A DNA stretch of 64,000 nt. Origin: an uncultured bacterium. GTDB taxonomy: Bacteria > Patescibacteriota > Minisyncoccia > UBA6257 > 2-01-FULL-56-20. The notes under the pieces were generated by a model. It saw only the letters and a program-made list of their open reading frames with translations, had not been told where the DNA came from and searched no databases. The translations under genes were made by a program, and so were the position numbers. The stretch lies in NCBI GenBank assembly GCA_963844965.1, contig CAWJQC010000008.1, forward strand, positions 64,001 through 128,000, in the 5' to 3' direction. Of the stretch, positions 42,502 through 50,237 are shown in pieces (positions within the stretch are counted from its first letter, which is position 1; every line of letters begins with the position of its first letter).

Positions 42502-42761
42502 TTCTTTTTTTGGGCCTGGGAGAGCTTCACGGTGAGCTCGCCCACCACTTCAAACAGCTCCCTGTTCTGCTTCTGGAGACGGCTGAACTCGCCCCAGGAA
42601 GGGACGCCCGATGCTCCTGCGCCTAGCCAATTGTAGATGGTGGACTCGTGCAAACCGTGGTCCTTCGCAGCCTGCGCTACGGGGACTCCTTCTTCCTTCA
42701 CCCGGCGGAGGATGTCCGCCTTCACTTCCTTCGCAATCCGATGCCCTTTTTTGTTGCTCAT
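42498..42761 (-). CDS. IS3-family transposase OrfA (HTH)
   Basis: HTH and leucine zipper (ELTVKLSQAQKKN). The ORF ends at the AAAAAAG frameshift window. Confidence 0.8.
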   Translation of the reverse strand: MSNKKGHRIAKEVKADILRRVKEEGVPVAQAAKDHGLHESTIYNWLGAGASGVPSWGEFSRLQKQNRELFEVVGELTVKLSQAQKKN

Positions 42762-42903
42762 GACACAATGGTAGTTTGTTTCGACCTTTGTGTCTAAATT
42801 ATCCTATCCGGGTCAGTTGAACTCAAAACAGTTTGCCATCAATGCGGATTATTGTTATAAACAAGGCAGCATGACGCCACCCAAAGCGAAACAAGGAGAG
42901 GGA

Positions 42904-43611
42904 ATGAATTTGAAGCTCGGCTTTTCTACCGGCTGTTTACATAGGGCACAATTGCATATTCGTGAGAAGCTGGCCATCATTCAAAAAATGGGCTGTCGCG
43001 CCGTGGAGCTCGGATATGTCAGACTGAAGGATTTCAATTCCGGCGAGCTTGAAACGATAACGACCGAGAATCTCCACGATTTTGATCATGTCAGCTTACA
43101 CGCACCAAAGTTCGATTATGGCAACAACGATGGAACTATCGGGATATTCGAACGAATACGAAAACTGAACAGGGTAAGAAAATTGGACCTGGTTGTTTTT
43201 CACCCCGACACCATCGTCGATCTAGACGTTTTTACGAGAGCCGATTTCAATGTGGCTCTTGAGAACACGGACAACAGAAAAGAATTTTGTCGGCGCCCAG
43301 AAGAGTTAGAACGATTACTTGCTGGCAACAACTTCGGATTTGTCCTCGATGTAAACCATGTATACAGCAATGATGCCTCGATGAGGATGGCTGCCGAGTT
43401 TTATAAAAAGCTTGGCGGTAGGATTTCCGAGGTTCATCTGAGTGGTTATCGTGGTTACCACGAGCCGCTTTTTGAAACGAAGCAAGTCGAAATTGTACAG
43501 TCAATAATAGATTTCGGCGTGCCGATAATCGTGGAGGGAGAACTGACCCCGGAAAATATCCAAAGTGAACAAGAATATATTCTGGGCATCATCGGCGGGC
43601 TTGAACAATAG
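42904..43611 (+). CDS. TIM-barrel protein, xylose isomerase-like/sugar phosphate isomerase-epimerase family (putative)
   Basis: The RBS aaggagaggg precedes MNLKLGFSTGCLH...AVELGY...LHAP... The family assignment is tentative. Confidence 0.4.
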   Translation: MNLKLGFSTGCLHRAQLHIREKLAIIQKMGCRAVELGYVRLKDFNSGELETITTENLHDFDHVSLHAPKFDYGNNDGTIGIFERIRKLNRVRKLDLVVFHPDTIVDLDVFTRADFNVALENTDNRKEFCRRPEELERLLAGNNFGFVLDVNHVYSNDASMRMAAEFYKKLGGRISEVHLSGYRGYHEPLFETKQVEIVQSIIDFGVPIIVEGELTPENIQSEQEYILGIIGGLEQ

Positions 43612-43790
43612 GTCCGCTTTTTGTTTTTCCCACTTCTGACAAATGAACTTTGTGTACGTCGTGTACGTCCTACGGGACCGGGGTAATTGCCCCGTTCAGC
43701 AGTCCTGGCAGTTTTTGCAAGTATTCCCCGAGTCCCAATAATGTCCACTATTTCCACCAAAAATAAAACGTCCCATTATAACGGGACGTT

Positions 43791-44438
43791 TTATTTTTGT
43801 ACATTCTGCACTCTCTCCACGTTGGCGCGGCGCAAAAGTTCGTCGCGGATCTTTTCGGCAACATCCTTGTCCAGGGCCGGCAAAATTCCTTCCGCTTCGC
43901 CGGTCTCTCCGGCTTCCTCGTGGCCGGCGGTCAAAATCGTAAGCCTACTCAAGCCGAACATCTGGTAAGACAAGTCGCGTTCGATCGTCGCATCCTGAAT
44001 CTGCCTATAAGGTACGGCGATTTCCTCCTTGTTGAATATTCCCCTCTTAATTTTCAAAGCGTTGTCGCCGAGGCAAAATTTATAATTCACGTACACAAGC
44101 CAGCCGACGAACGCAGTCACAAGGAAGACCGCAACAAATAAAGCGAACCCGAAAAAACATATCACATACATGTTCAAAGTAAACAAATTAAAAACATTCA
44201 GGGGCCCTGTTCCCTTTCCGACAAAAAACAACCCTAGAGAAACGAGCAAGACAATCATCGCGAGCCAGCTGCGGTCAAAAATAAAAAGCCAAAGCGTTTT
44301 GCTTCCCAAATTTTCATATTTTTCGGCGCTTGCGACCTCCGGTGTGTCGGGCATAAATTTATTATACCAAATACCAACTGAAACCAGAAATAAAAACGCC
44401 CCGAGTCTGATCGGGGCGCAGGTATCAGACAATAACAT
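43791..44438 (-). CDS. bPH_2 (YdbT-like) PH-domain membrane protein
   Basis: TM helices are followed by KIKRGIFNKEEIAVPYRQIQDATIERDLSYQMFGLSRLTIL. Confidence 0.5.
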   Translation of the reverse strand: MLLSDTCAPIRLGAFLFLVSVGIWYNKFMPDTPEVASAEKYENLGSKTLWLFIFDRSWLAMIVLLVSLGLFFVGKGTGPLNVFNLFTLNMYVICFFGFALFVAVFLVTAFVGWLVYVNYKFCLGDNALKIKRGIFNKEEIAVPYRQIQDATIERDLSYQMFGLSRLTILTAGHEEAGETGEAEGILPALDKDVAEKIRDELLRRANVERVQNVQK

Positions 44439-45498
44439 CTCTTAGCTCTTTGGCCGCGATTTCCGGCGGCACCGGATTGATGTACATCTCGGTGTTAATC
44501 TCAAAACCGGCCAATTTGGTCATCCTCGGCTTGATCTCAAAATGCCAATGGAAATCATGCTCAATGGTGGATCCATTAGAACGCTCGTCATTATGGAACC
44601 AGGGAGCGGTGTGTAACACGATATTGAAATTGGCATCATTCGTAGCCGATCTGAGTTTCGTAAGTAATTGCACAAACGCCTCCGCGAGTTCTTCCACTCT
44701 CCCCCGAATCTGCATATATTGCTCGAAACAATGATGATGGAGGTCCCGCTTCGGCGCAAGCCATAATTCGTAGGGAAGCTCGCCGGCGAAATAACACCAG
44801 GCGACGAGAGATTTGTTTTCCCAAACAATTCTTTCCTGTGCCGCGTATTCGTCGTCAATAATCCGGCACAACAGGCAGCATCTTTTCTTGCTGTAATAGT
44901 GGCGGGAGTTGTCCAGCTTCTGCATGATGCTGGGTGGCACGATCGGCATGACGATCAATTGCGAATGCGGATGCTCCAACGAAGTGCCGGCTTCTTTGCC
45001 GTGATTCTTGAACAAGACCGGGTATTTAAACCTGTCGTCCACCGAAAACGCGAGCATGCGCAATTTCCACGCCGTGATCAGGACCTTCCAGTCATTTGCC
45101 GTAAAATCCGCAGGGTGACGGTGGTCTTCGTAGGGATGGTCAACTATCACTTCATGCGCACCAACGCCGTTTTCTATCCAAAATTCGCTGAAGCCGACTC
45201 TTCTCAATTCCGCGTAATACTCAAGCACATTGAACATATTTGGAGTCACTCTCACGTGCCAATCCGTGCCCTGCGTTTCGGAAAGATCGGCTTTCAGTGC
45301 CAAGATCGTTGAAGGCGTCTTGTGTTCGTTACCGCGGCAAAAAACGCATACATCTTTATCGCCCAAACCATGCGGCCTCCCCGCTCTCCTTTTATCCATG
45401 GCCACAACAACCCAGTTCCCGCTCATCGGGTCTGACCGAAACTTATGAGTAGGATCCAACATTGTGGTTCCCTCCTTTGTAAAAAAGCTGATGCTCAA
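44425..45498 (-). CDS. galT: Galactose-1-phosphate uridylyltransferase (HIT family)
   Basis: VCVFCRGNE (Zn site) and EHPHSQLIVMP (HxHxQ active site). Confidence 0.7.
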   Translation of the reverse strand: MSISFFTKEGTTMLDPTHKFRSDPMSGNWVVVAMDKRRAGRPHGLGDKDVCVFCRGNEHKTPSTILALKADLSETQGTDWHVRVTPNMFNVLEYYAELRRVGFSEFWIENGVGAHEVIVDHPYEDHRHPADFTANDWKVLITAWKLRMLAFSVDDRFKYPVLFKNHGKEAGTSLEHPHSQLIVMPIVPPSIMQKLDNSRHYYSKKRCCLLCRIIDDEYAAQERIVWENKSLVAWCYFAGELPYELWLAPKRDLHHHCFEQYMQIRGRVEELAEAFVQLLTKLRSATNDANFNIVLHTAPWFHNDERSNGSTIEHDFHWHFEIKPRMTKLAGFEINTEMYINPVPPEIAAKELRDVIV

Positions 45499-45634
45499 CT
45501 GTTAGTTATTATAATTCCCATTCACCGCCGATGTCCACCGCCCTTCTCCGCAATTTTGACAAATTGCTGACCGTCGCGTAGTATTAAGAAGATTGCGCAG
45601 TCAAAAGAGGGTTCAAAAGCCCCATTAAAAAGCC

Positions 45635-46139
45635 ATAATCAAGCCCAGAATAAACAGCCAAATAATCGCGCAGGAATTGCGCGTGATAGACGAAAGCGGG
45701 AAGAACCTCGGCGTATTGAAGCGGGAGGAGGCGCTTGCCTTGGTGAGGCCCGGGTCGGGAATCGATTTGATAGAAATCTCGCCGAACGCGAAGCCGCCGG
45801 TCGCGCGGCTCATGAGCTACGACAAATATCGTTACGAGGCGGAGAAGAAAGAAAAAGGAGCGCCTCGCGCAAAAAGGCGCCGGTACAAAACAGGTGCAAA
45901 TAAGCGCCCGCGCCGCCACGAATGATCTCCTGATAAAAATCCGCCAGCTGGAAAAATTCCTTGCCGAAGGCCACCAAGTTGAGGTGCATATGCGCCTCAG
46001 GGGGCGCGAAAAATATAATAAGGACTGGGCACGGAAGAAACTTAACGATTTTATGAAGATGATAACAACCGAATATAAGGTGGTAAGCGAACCGAAATTC
46101 GGCGGGAGAGGAATGATAATGCAAATAACCAAAAAATAA
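45635..46139 (+). CDS. infC: Translation initiation factor IF-3 (non-ATG ATA/ATC start; apparent frameshift in an A5 run near 45888)
   Basis: KPRINSQIIAQELRVIDESGKNLGVL...DLIEISPNAKPPVARLMSYDKYRYE is in ORF 45677..45925. VQISARAATNDLLIKIRQ...RLRGREKY is in ORF 45894..46139. No in-frame ATG precedes the conserved N-terminus, as is usual for infC. Confidence 0.8.
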
Positions 46140-46146
46140 ACCATGA

Positions 46147-46263
46147 ATCCCGTTAGAAGCCACGGTCGCGTTGCGGAAAACACCTATCGGGATAAAAATA
46201 AGGATTGCGAATTATAAATATAACCATCAGCAGGCGCCGACCGCGACCTGCTTCTAACGGGAT
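46147..46263. repeat. Inverted-repeat mini-element with 14-bp perfect TIRs ATCCCGTTAGAAGC/GCTTCTAACGGGAT
   Basis: The arms are at 46147-46160 and 46250-46263, with a nested stem GGTCGCG/CGCGACC. The right arm overlaps the rpmI start codon. The same CCCGTTAGAA arms recur at 50107/50221. Confidence 0.6.
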
Positions 46264-46429
46264 GAAAAAAAGTGTTTCCAAAAGAATCAGAATCACGAGG
46301 AACGGCAAAATGATGCGGCGGCCGATGGCCACCGATCATTTTCGCACGCGCCACACGCAAAAAAATATAAGGCGTAAATCAAAAACGCTCGGAGTTGACT
46401 ATCCGAGGAAAAAAATCGTAAACTACTAA
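46262..46429 (+). CDS. rpmI: 50S ribosomal protein L35
   Basis: The 55-aa basic protein MKKSVSKRIRITRNGKMMRRPMATDHFRTRHTQKNIRRKSK lies between infC and rplT. Confidence 0.7.
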   Translation: MKKSVSKRIRITRNGKMMRRPMATDHFRTRHTQKNIRRKSKTLGVDYPRKKIVNY

Positions 46430-46432
46430 GCA

Positions 46433-46777
46433 ATGCCAAGGGTTAAGAGAGGAGTAAACGCGACAAAAAAACGGGAGCGGCTTCTCCGATACACGAAGGG
46501 TTTCCGCTGGGGAAGAAAATCAAAGGAGCGTGCGGCGAAAGAAGCTCTGCTTCACGCATGGACACACGCTTTCCGGGGGCGGAAAGAAAAAAAGCGGGAT
46601 TACCGCGGGCTTTGGAATGTCCGCATCAACGCCGCTGCCCGCGCCGAAGGCACAAAATACAGCAAACTTATTGCCGATCTCAAAAAGAAAAACGTGAGGC
46701 TCGATCGGAAAATCCTGGCGGAACTCGCCGCTAACGAACCGGCAGTGTTCAAAAAAATTGTGGAATTCGCGAAATAA
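46433..46777 (+). CDS. rplT: 50S ribosomal protein L20
   Basis: MPRVKRGVNATKKRERLLRYTKGFRWGRK... is canonical bL20. Confidence 0.9.
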   Translation: MPRVKRGVNATKKRERLLRYTKGFRWGRKSKERAAKEALLHAWTHAFRGRKEKKRDYRGLWNVRINAAARAEGTKYSKLIADLKKKNVRLDRKILAELAANEPAVFKKIVEFAK

Positions 46778-46810
46778 AAGCTCCGGAATTGCGCCGGAGC
46801 TTTTTGATTC

Positions 46811-47143
46811 TTAGTTGATCCATCGGTTCACGCTTCCACTGCGCGCTGTAAAGGACGCATCTTTGGAAATTTTCGGATTTGGATGTTCAATAAGATAAAT
46901 AACGGCAAATACAAGTATATAGGCAAAGGCCGCCACGAGGCCGAAGAGCCAGAAAAATAAACTTCCCGTTCCAAGTTGGCGGTCAAGTTTCATTCCCTCA
47001 ACAAATGCGTTTGCCGTAACAAGCGAAGCGAGTAACACAAAAAGAAAAAAGGCAGAAACTGGACGTCCACGGCCGCGTGGACCCCGGAAAAAATTTCTCC
47101 ATACCAGAAGCATCGCCCAGTAGTATTTCGGTACTATTCGCAT
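46811..47143 (-). CDS. Hypothetical membrane protein
   Basis: The 110-aa ORF has two TM helices. Confidence 0.35.
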   Translation of the reverse strand: MRIVPKYYWAMLLVWRNFFRGPRGRGRPVSAFFLFVLLASLVTANAFVEGMKLDRQLGTGSLFFWLFGLVAAFAYILVFAVIYLIEHPNPKISKDASFTARSGSVNRWIN

Positions 47144-47204
47144 CGCAAGTCTCCTCTCAATATGCCGGAGGTAATGTTAACAAACCAGACAGAAGAAATC
47201 AATG

Positions 47205-47711
47205 CTAACGAACAGCGCCGTGATGATGCCGCCGACTCCTTGCCAAAAGAAAGTCATGCGCCTGTTTTAAAATCCGCTTTACGCCTTGATACTTTTTCCC
47301 AACGGTCTTTACGGCGTCTTCGTAAGTGAACCAACCAAACCCGCTATGCTCGCGTGTCGATATTTTCACTTCCGCCTTGTGGGTTTCCGCAAGATAGAGA
47401 ATAACTGTGTCGTGTATCTTTTCCTCGCCGCGCTGGAAATAAAATTTTTCGTACGCGCGGAATCCCTGCATCATCCGGAGTTCGGATTTCCTGATCCCCG
47501 TTTCCTCCTCAACTTCCCGCAGAGCAGCCTCCAAACTTGTTTCGCCGACCTCAAAATGCCCCTTGGGAAAATTCCAGTATGAACCACGGCGGTATAAAAG
47601 TAAAAACTTTATGCCTTCGTGGGTACGCCTGTAAATCACAAAACCGGCGACAAACTGCCGCCGTGCTCGCACTTCATTGCGCCTAAGATATGTACGGAGA
47701 TTTGTTGTCAT
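47205..47711 (-). CDS. NUDIX hydrolase
   Basis: Nudix box GHFEVGETSLEAALREVEEETGI. Confidence 0.7.
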   Translation of the reverse strand: MTTNLRTYLRRNEVRARRQFVAGFVIYRRTHEGIKFLLLYRRGSYWNFPKGHFEVGETSLEAALREVEEETGIRKSELRMMQGFRAYEKFYFQRGEEKIHDTVILYLAETHKAEVKISTREHSGFGWFTYEDAVKTVGKKYQGVKRILKQAHDFLLARSRRHHHGAVR

Positions 47712-47714
47712 TGG

Positions 47715-49448
47715 TTATTTAAGAAACTTTAACATCTTTTCAATTGGCCAGGAATTAATTATATCTTTTTTCCCAGCCCAGCCGCGGCGTGCCTGCGCGA
47801 TGCCGTACTCCAAACATCCACAATGCGCCGGCGAATGGGCGTCGGAGTCAATCGCCAATTTAACACCAGCATCCACGCATTTTTTTATGTATTCGTCTTT
47901 GAGGTCAAGCCGGTCGGGAAAGGCGTCTATTTCCATTATCGTCCCGGTCTGCTTTGCGGTTTTTATAAGTTCATCCACGTCAACTTCGTAAGGAGGGCGG
48001 CGGTTGATGATACGCCCCGTCGGATGGAAAATTATGTCCACATTCGGATTCCGCATCGCTTTCCTAATCCGCTCTGTCTGCTCCTCGCGCGGCAGATTGA
48101 AATATGAATGGACTGACGCGCCGACAACATCAAGCTTGGCCAAAATATCGTCAGGCAAGTCAAGCGAACCATCTTTCAAAATATCGCATTCGCTGCCCTT
48201 TAAAATTTTAATTTTACCGCCGAACTTTTTATTGAGCCGGTCAATTTCGGTCATTTGTTTCAAAATTCCCTTTTCATCCAAACCATGGGTCATCGCCAGA
48301 CGTTTTGTGTGATCCGTGATAGCGATATATTCCAATCCGGCCTCGCTCGCGATCTTGGCCATTGTTTCTATGGAATCCGAGCCGTCTGTCCAGTCCGTCT
48401 GCACCTGTAAGTCGCCAAGCAAATCGTCATAGCCGATTAATTTCGGGAGTGTGTGGTTCTGCGCCAATTCTATCTCGCCCGTATTTTCTCTCATCTCCGG
48501 CTCTATATAATCCATTCCCAGTGCTTTATATAATTCTTCCTCTGTTTTCCCAGCGATTTGCACTTCGCGCTTCGCGCCCTGCTTAAACAACCCATACTCG
48601 TTGAGTTTATATCCTTTTTTAATGGCAATCTGCCGCAGGGCAACATTATGGTCTTTGGAACCCGTAAAGTAGTTAAGGGCCGCGCCGTAGGAATCGCTCT
48701 CAACGACGCGCAGATCAACATTAATGCCGGATTTGAGTTTAATTGCCGATCTCGTTTCGCCGTGCGCATTAACTAGGGCAACTTCCGGCATTTTCACGAA
48801 GTAATTCATGACCGGTCCTGGGTTTTTGGAAATCGCTAGGATATCTGCATCGCCAATCGTCTCTTTCATCCGCCTTACCGAGCCGGCGACAACGACGCGC
48901 TCAATACCACCAAACTCCCGCAGGCGTTTTTCTATCATCCGTATCTCCGGCATGACAAAGCCTAAAACGAAACGCCCGCCGGATTTTTTGGTGAACTCTA
49001 TGCCTTGCAGAATTTTCTCCTCGCTTTTTTTGCCGAAGCCCTCAAGCTTGGCAATCTTTCCGGCCTTGGCCGCCTTTTCCAAATCGGCGATATTCCTGAT
49101 TCCCAATTTTTGATAAAGTTTTCTGACGGATTTCGGTCCCAGCCCTTCAATCGCCCCGAGCGAAGCAAGGTCAACTGGCGTTTTCTTTTTCAAATTTTCG
49201 TAGTCCTTTATCCGTCCGGTTGTGAGCAATTCTTCTATCCGTTCAGCTATTCCCCTGCCGACCCCGGGAATTCCTTCAAGCGCCTTCACGCCGCCCTTCC
49301 TGTATATTTCTTCCACTTCTTCTTCCAGACCAGCGATCACGCCCGCGACTTTCTCGTAAGCGCGTGGCTTGAACGGCACATCATACATCTCCAGATATTC
49401 GGCGATCTCCTTCAAAATTTCCGCGATTGATTGGTTAGAAATATTCAT
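47715..49448 (-). CDS. polX: DNA polymerase X family protein with C-terminal PHP domain
   Basis: HhH motifs (GIPGVGRGIAERI) and the Pol beta palm (VVAGSVRRMKETIGDADILAI) are present. The PHP domain has ITDHTKRL ... IDSDAHS. Confidence 0.85.
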   Translation of the reverse strand: MNISNQSIAEILKEIAEYLEMYDVPFKPRAYEKVAGVIAGLEEEVEEIYRKGGVKALEGIPGVGRGIAERIEELLTTGRIKDYENLKKKTPVDLASLGAIEGLGPKSVRKLYQKLGIRNIADLEKAAKAGKIAKLEGFGKKSEEKILQGIEFTKKSGGRFVLGFVMPEIRMIEKRLREFGGIERVVVAGSVRRMKETIGDADILAISKNPGPVMNYFVKMPEVALVNAHGETRSAIKLKSGINVDLRVVESDSYGAALNYFTGSKDHNVALRQIAIKKGYKLNEYGLFKQGAKREVQIAGKTEEELYKALGMDYIEPEMRENTGEIELAQNHTLPKLIGYDDLLGDLQVQTDWTDGSDSIETMAKIASEAGLEYIAITDHTKRLAMTHGLDEKGILKQMTEIDRLNKKFGGKIKILKGSECDILKDGSLDLPDDILAKLDVVGASVHSYFNLPREEQTERIRKAMRNPNVDIIFHPTGRIINRRPPYEVDVDELIKTAKQTGTIMEIDAFPDRLDLKDEYIKKCVDAGVKLAIDSDAHSPAHCGCLEYGIAQARRGWAGKKDIINSWPIEKMLKFLK

Positions 49449-49465
49449 CTATGGCGTGCAATTTT

Positions 49466-50128
49466 CTATGGCAAAGTAATTCGCGGAGGCGACGATTTTC
49501 TCTCCATCCTCGAACCATCCAATTTCGGAAAAAGCATGAGAAGAAGTGAGGATGCGATCAAATTTAGAATTGCCGCCACGGCAAAAGTCGTTCTAAAGCC
49601 ATAAGCATCGGCAATTATCCCGCCAATCGCGCCGCCGACGGCAGTGGAAACGGTCAGACCGAAAACGCTGAATATGCTCCACTCAACACCCTCGGAAACC
49701 TTGTCAACGTGATGCGCGAAGATCGTATAGTAAGCAGCCATAAGACAAGCATCGCCGACCCCGCAGACGGCTTCCATTACGTATAACTGCCAGGTAAACT
49801 TTATGAACATTAAGGTTAAGGGATAAACAACGCCTATCGCGCAGCCCAAAAGCATCACGCGGAAATCGTCTTTTTCCCCGGATTTTCTGTCTATTCTTCT
49901 CGCAATCGGTATCTGGAGAATTGATTTCACTATCGCGTAGATGGCGATCGCGAAACCAGCCGTTCTTAGGCTCGCCCCGACGAGCGTGCCCGTGATGAAA
50001 ACCGCGAAAAGCGGCGCGAAAAGTCCGCCGCTCGCGTTCAGGATAAACAGGAAAAAAAGCAGGAGTTCAATTACCCTATTTATGGAAATGTTCAGTTTTA
50101 TTCTCATCCCGTTAGAAATAGGGCGCAA
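49466..50128 (-). CDS. MFS transporter, 6-TM N-terminal half only (truncated or half-size)
   Basis: Six TM helices with motif A (IARRIDRKSGEKD) after TM2. No second half lies downstream, because polX starts 18 nt later. Confidence 0.45.
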   Translation of the reverse strand: MRPISNGMRIKLNISINRVIELLLFFLFILNASGGLFAPLFAVFITGTLVGASLRTAGFAIAIYAIVKSILQIPIARRIDRKSGEKDDFRVMLLGCAIGVVYPLTLMFIKFTWQLYVMEAVCGVGDACLMAAYYTIFAHHVDKVSEGVEWSIFSVFGLTVSTAVGGAIGGIIADAYGFRTTFAVAAILNLIASSLLLMLFPKLDGSRMERKSSPPRITLP

Positions 50129-50233
50129 CGCCGCCGCTCGTCCTCTTTATTATTTAATATTCGGCCATTTTGTTGATGTAATATCCGCAAAGCGTCCGCG
50201 CCTGCCTGCCGGCAGGCAGGATTTCTAACGGGA
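50107..50233. repeat. Inverted-repeat mini-element: 13-bp TIRs TCCCGTTAGAAAT/ATTTCTAACGGGA enclosing the 20-bp palindrome CCTGCCTGCCGGCAGGCAGG
   Basis: The arms are at 50107-50119 and 50221-50233. The palindrome is at 50201-50220. The element lies between the half-MFS and the clp-like gene. Confidence 0.6.
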
Positions 50234-50237
50234 CCCA

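Larger units (their letters stand above)
41668..42809. mobile_element. IS3-family insertion sequence (~1.14 kb)
   Basis: Imperfect TIRs start with GGATAGG (41668-41696, and the reverse complement of 42781-42809). OrfA and OrfB are separated by an A AAA AAG slippery site at about 42500. Confidence 0.75.
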
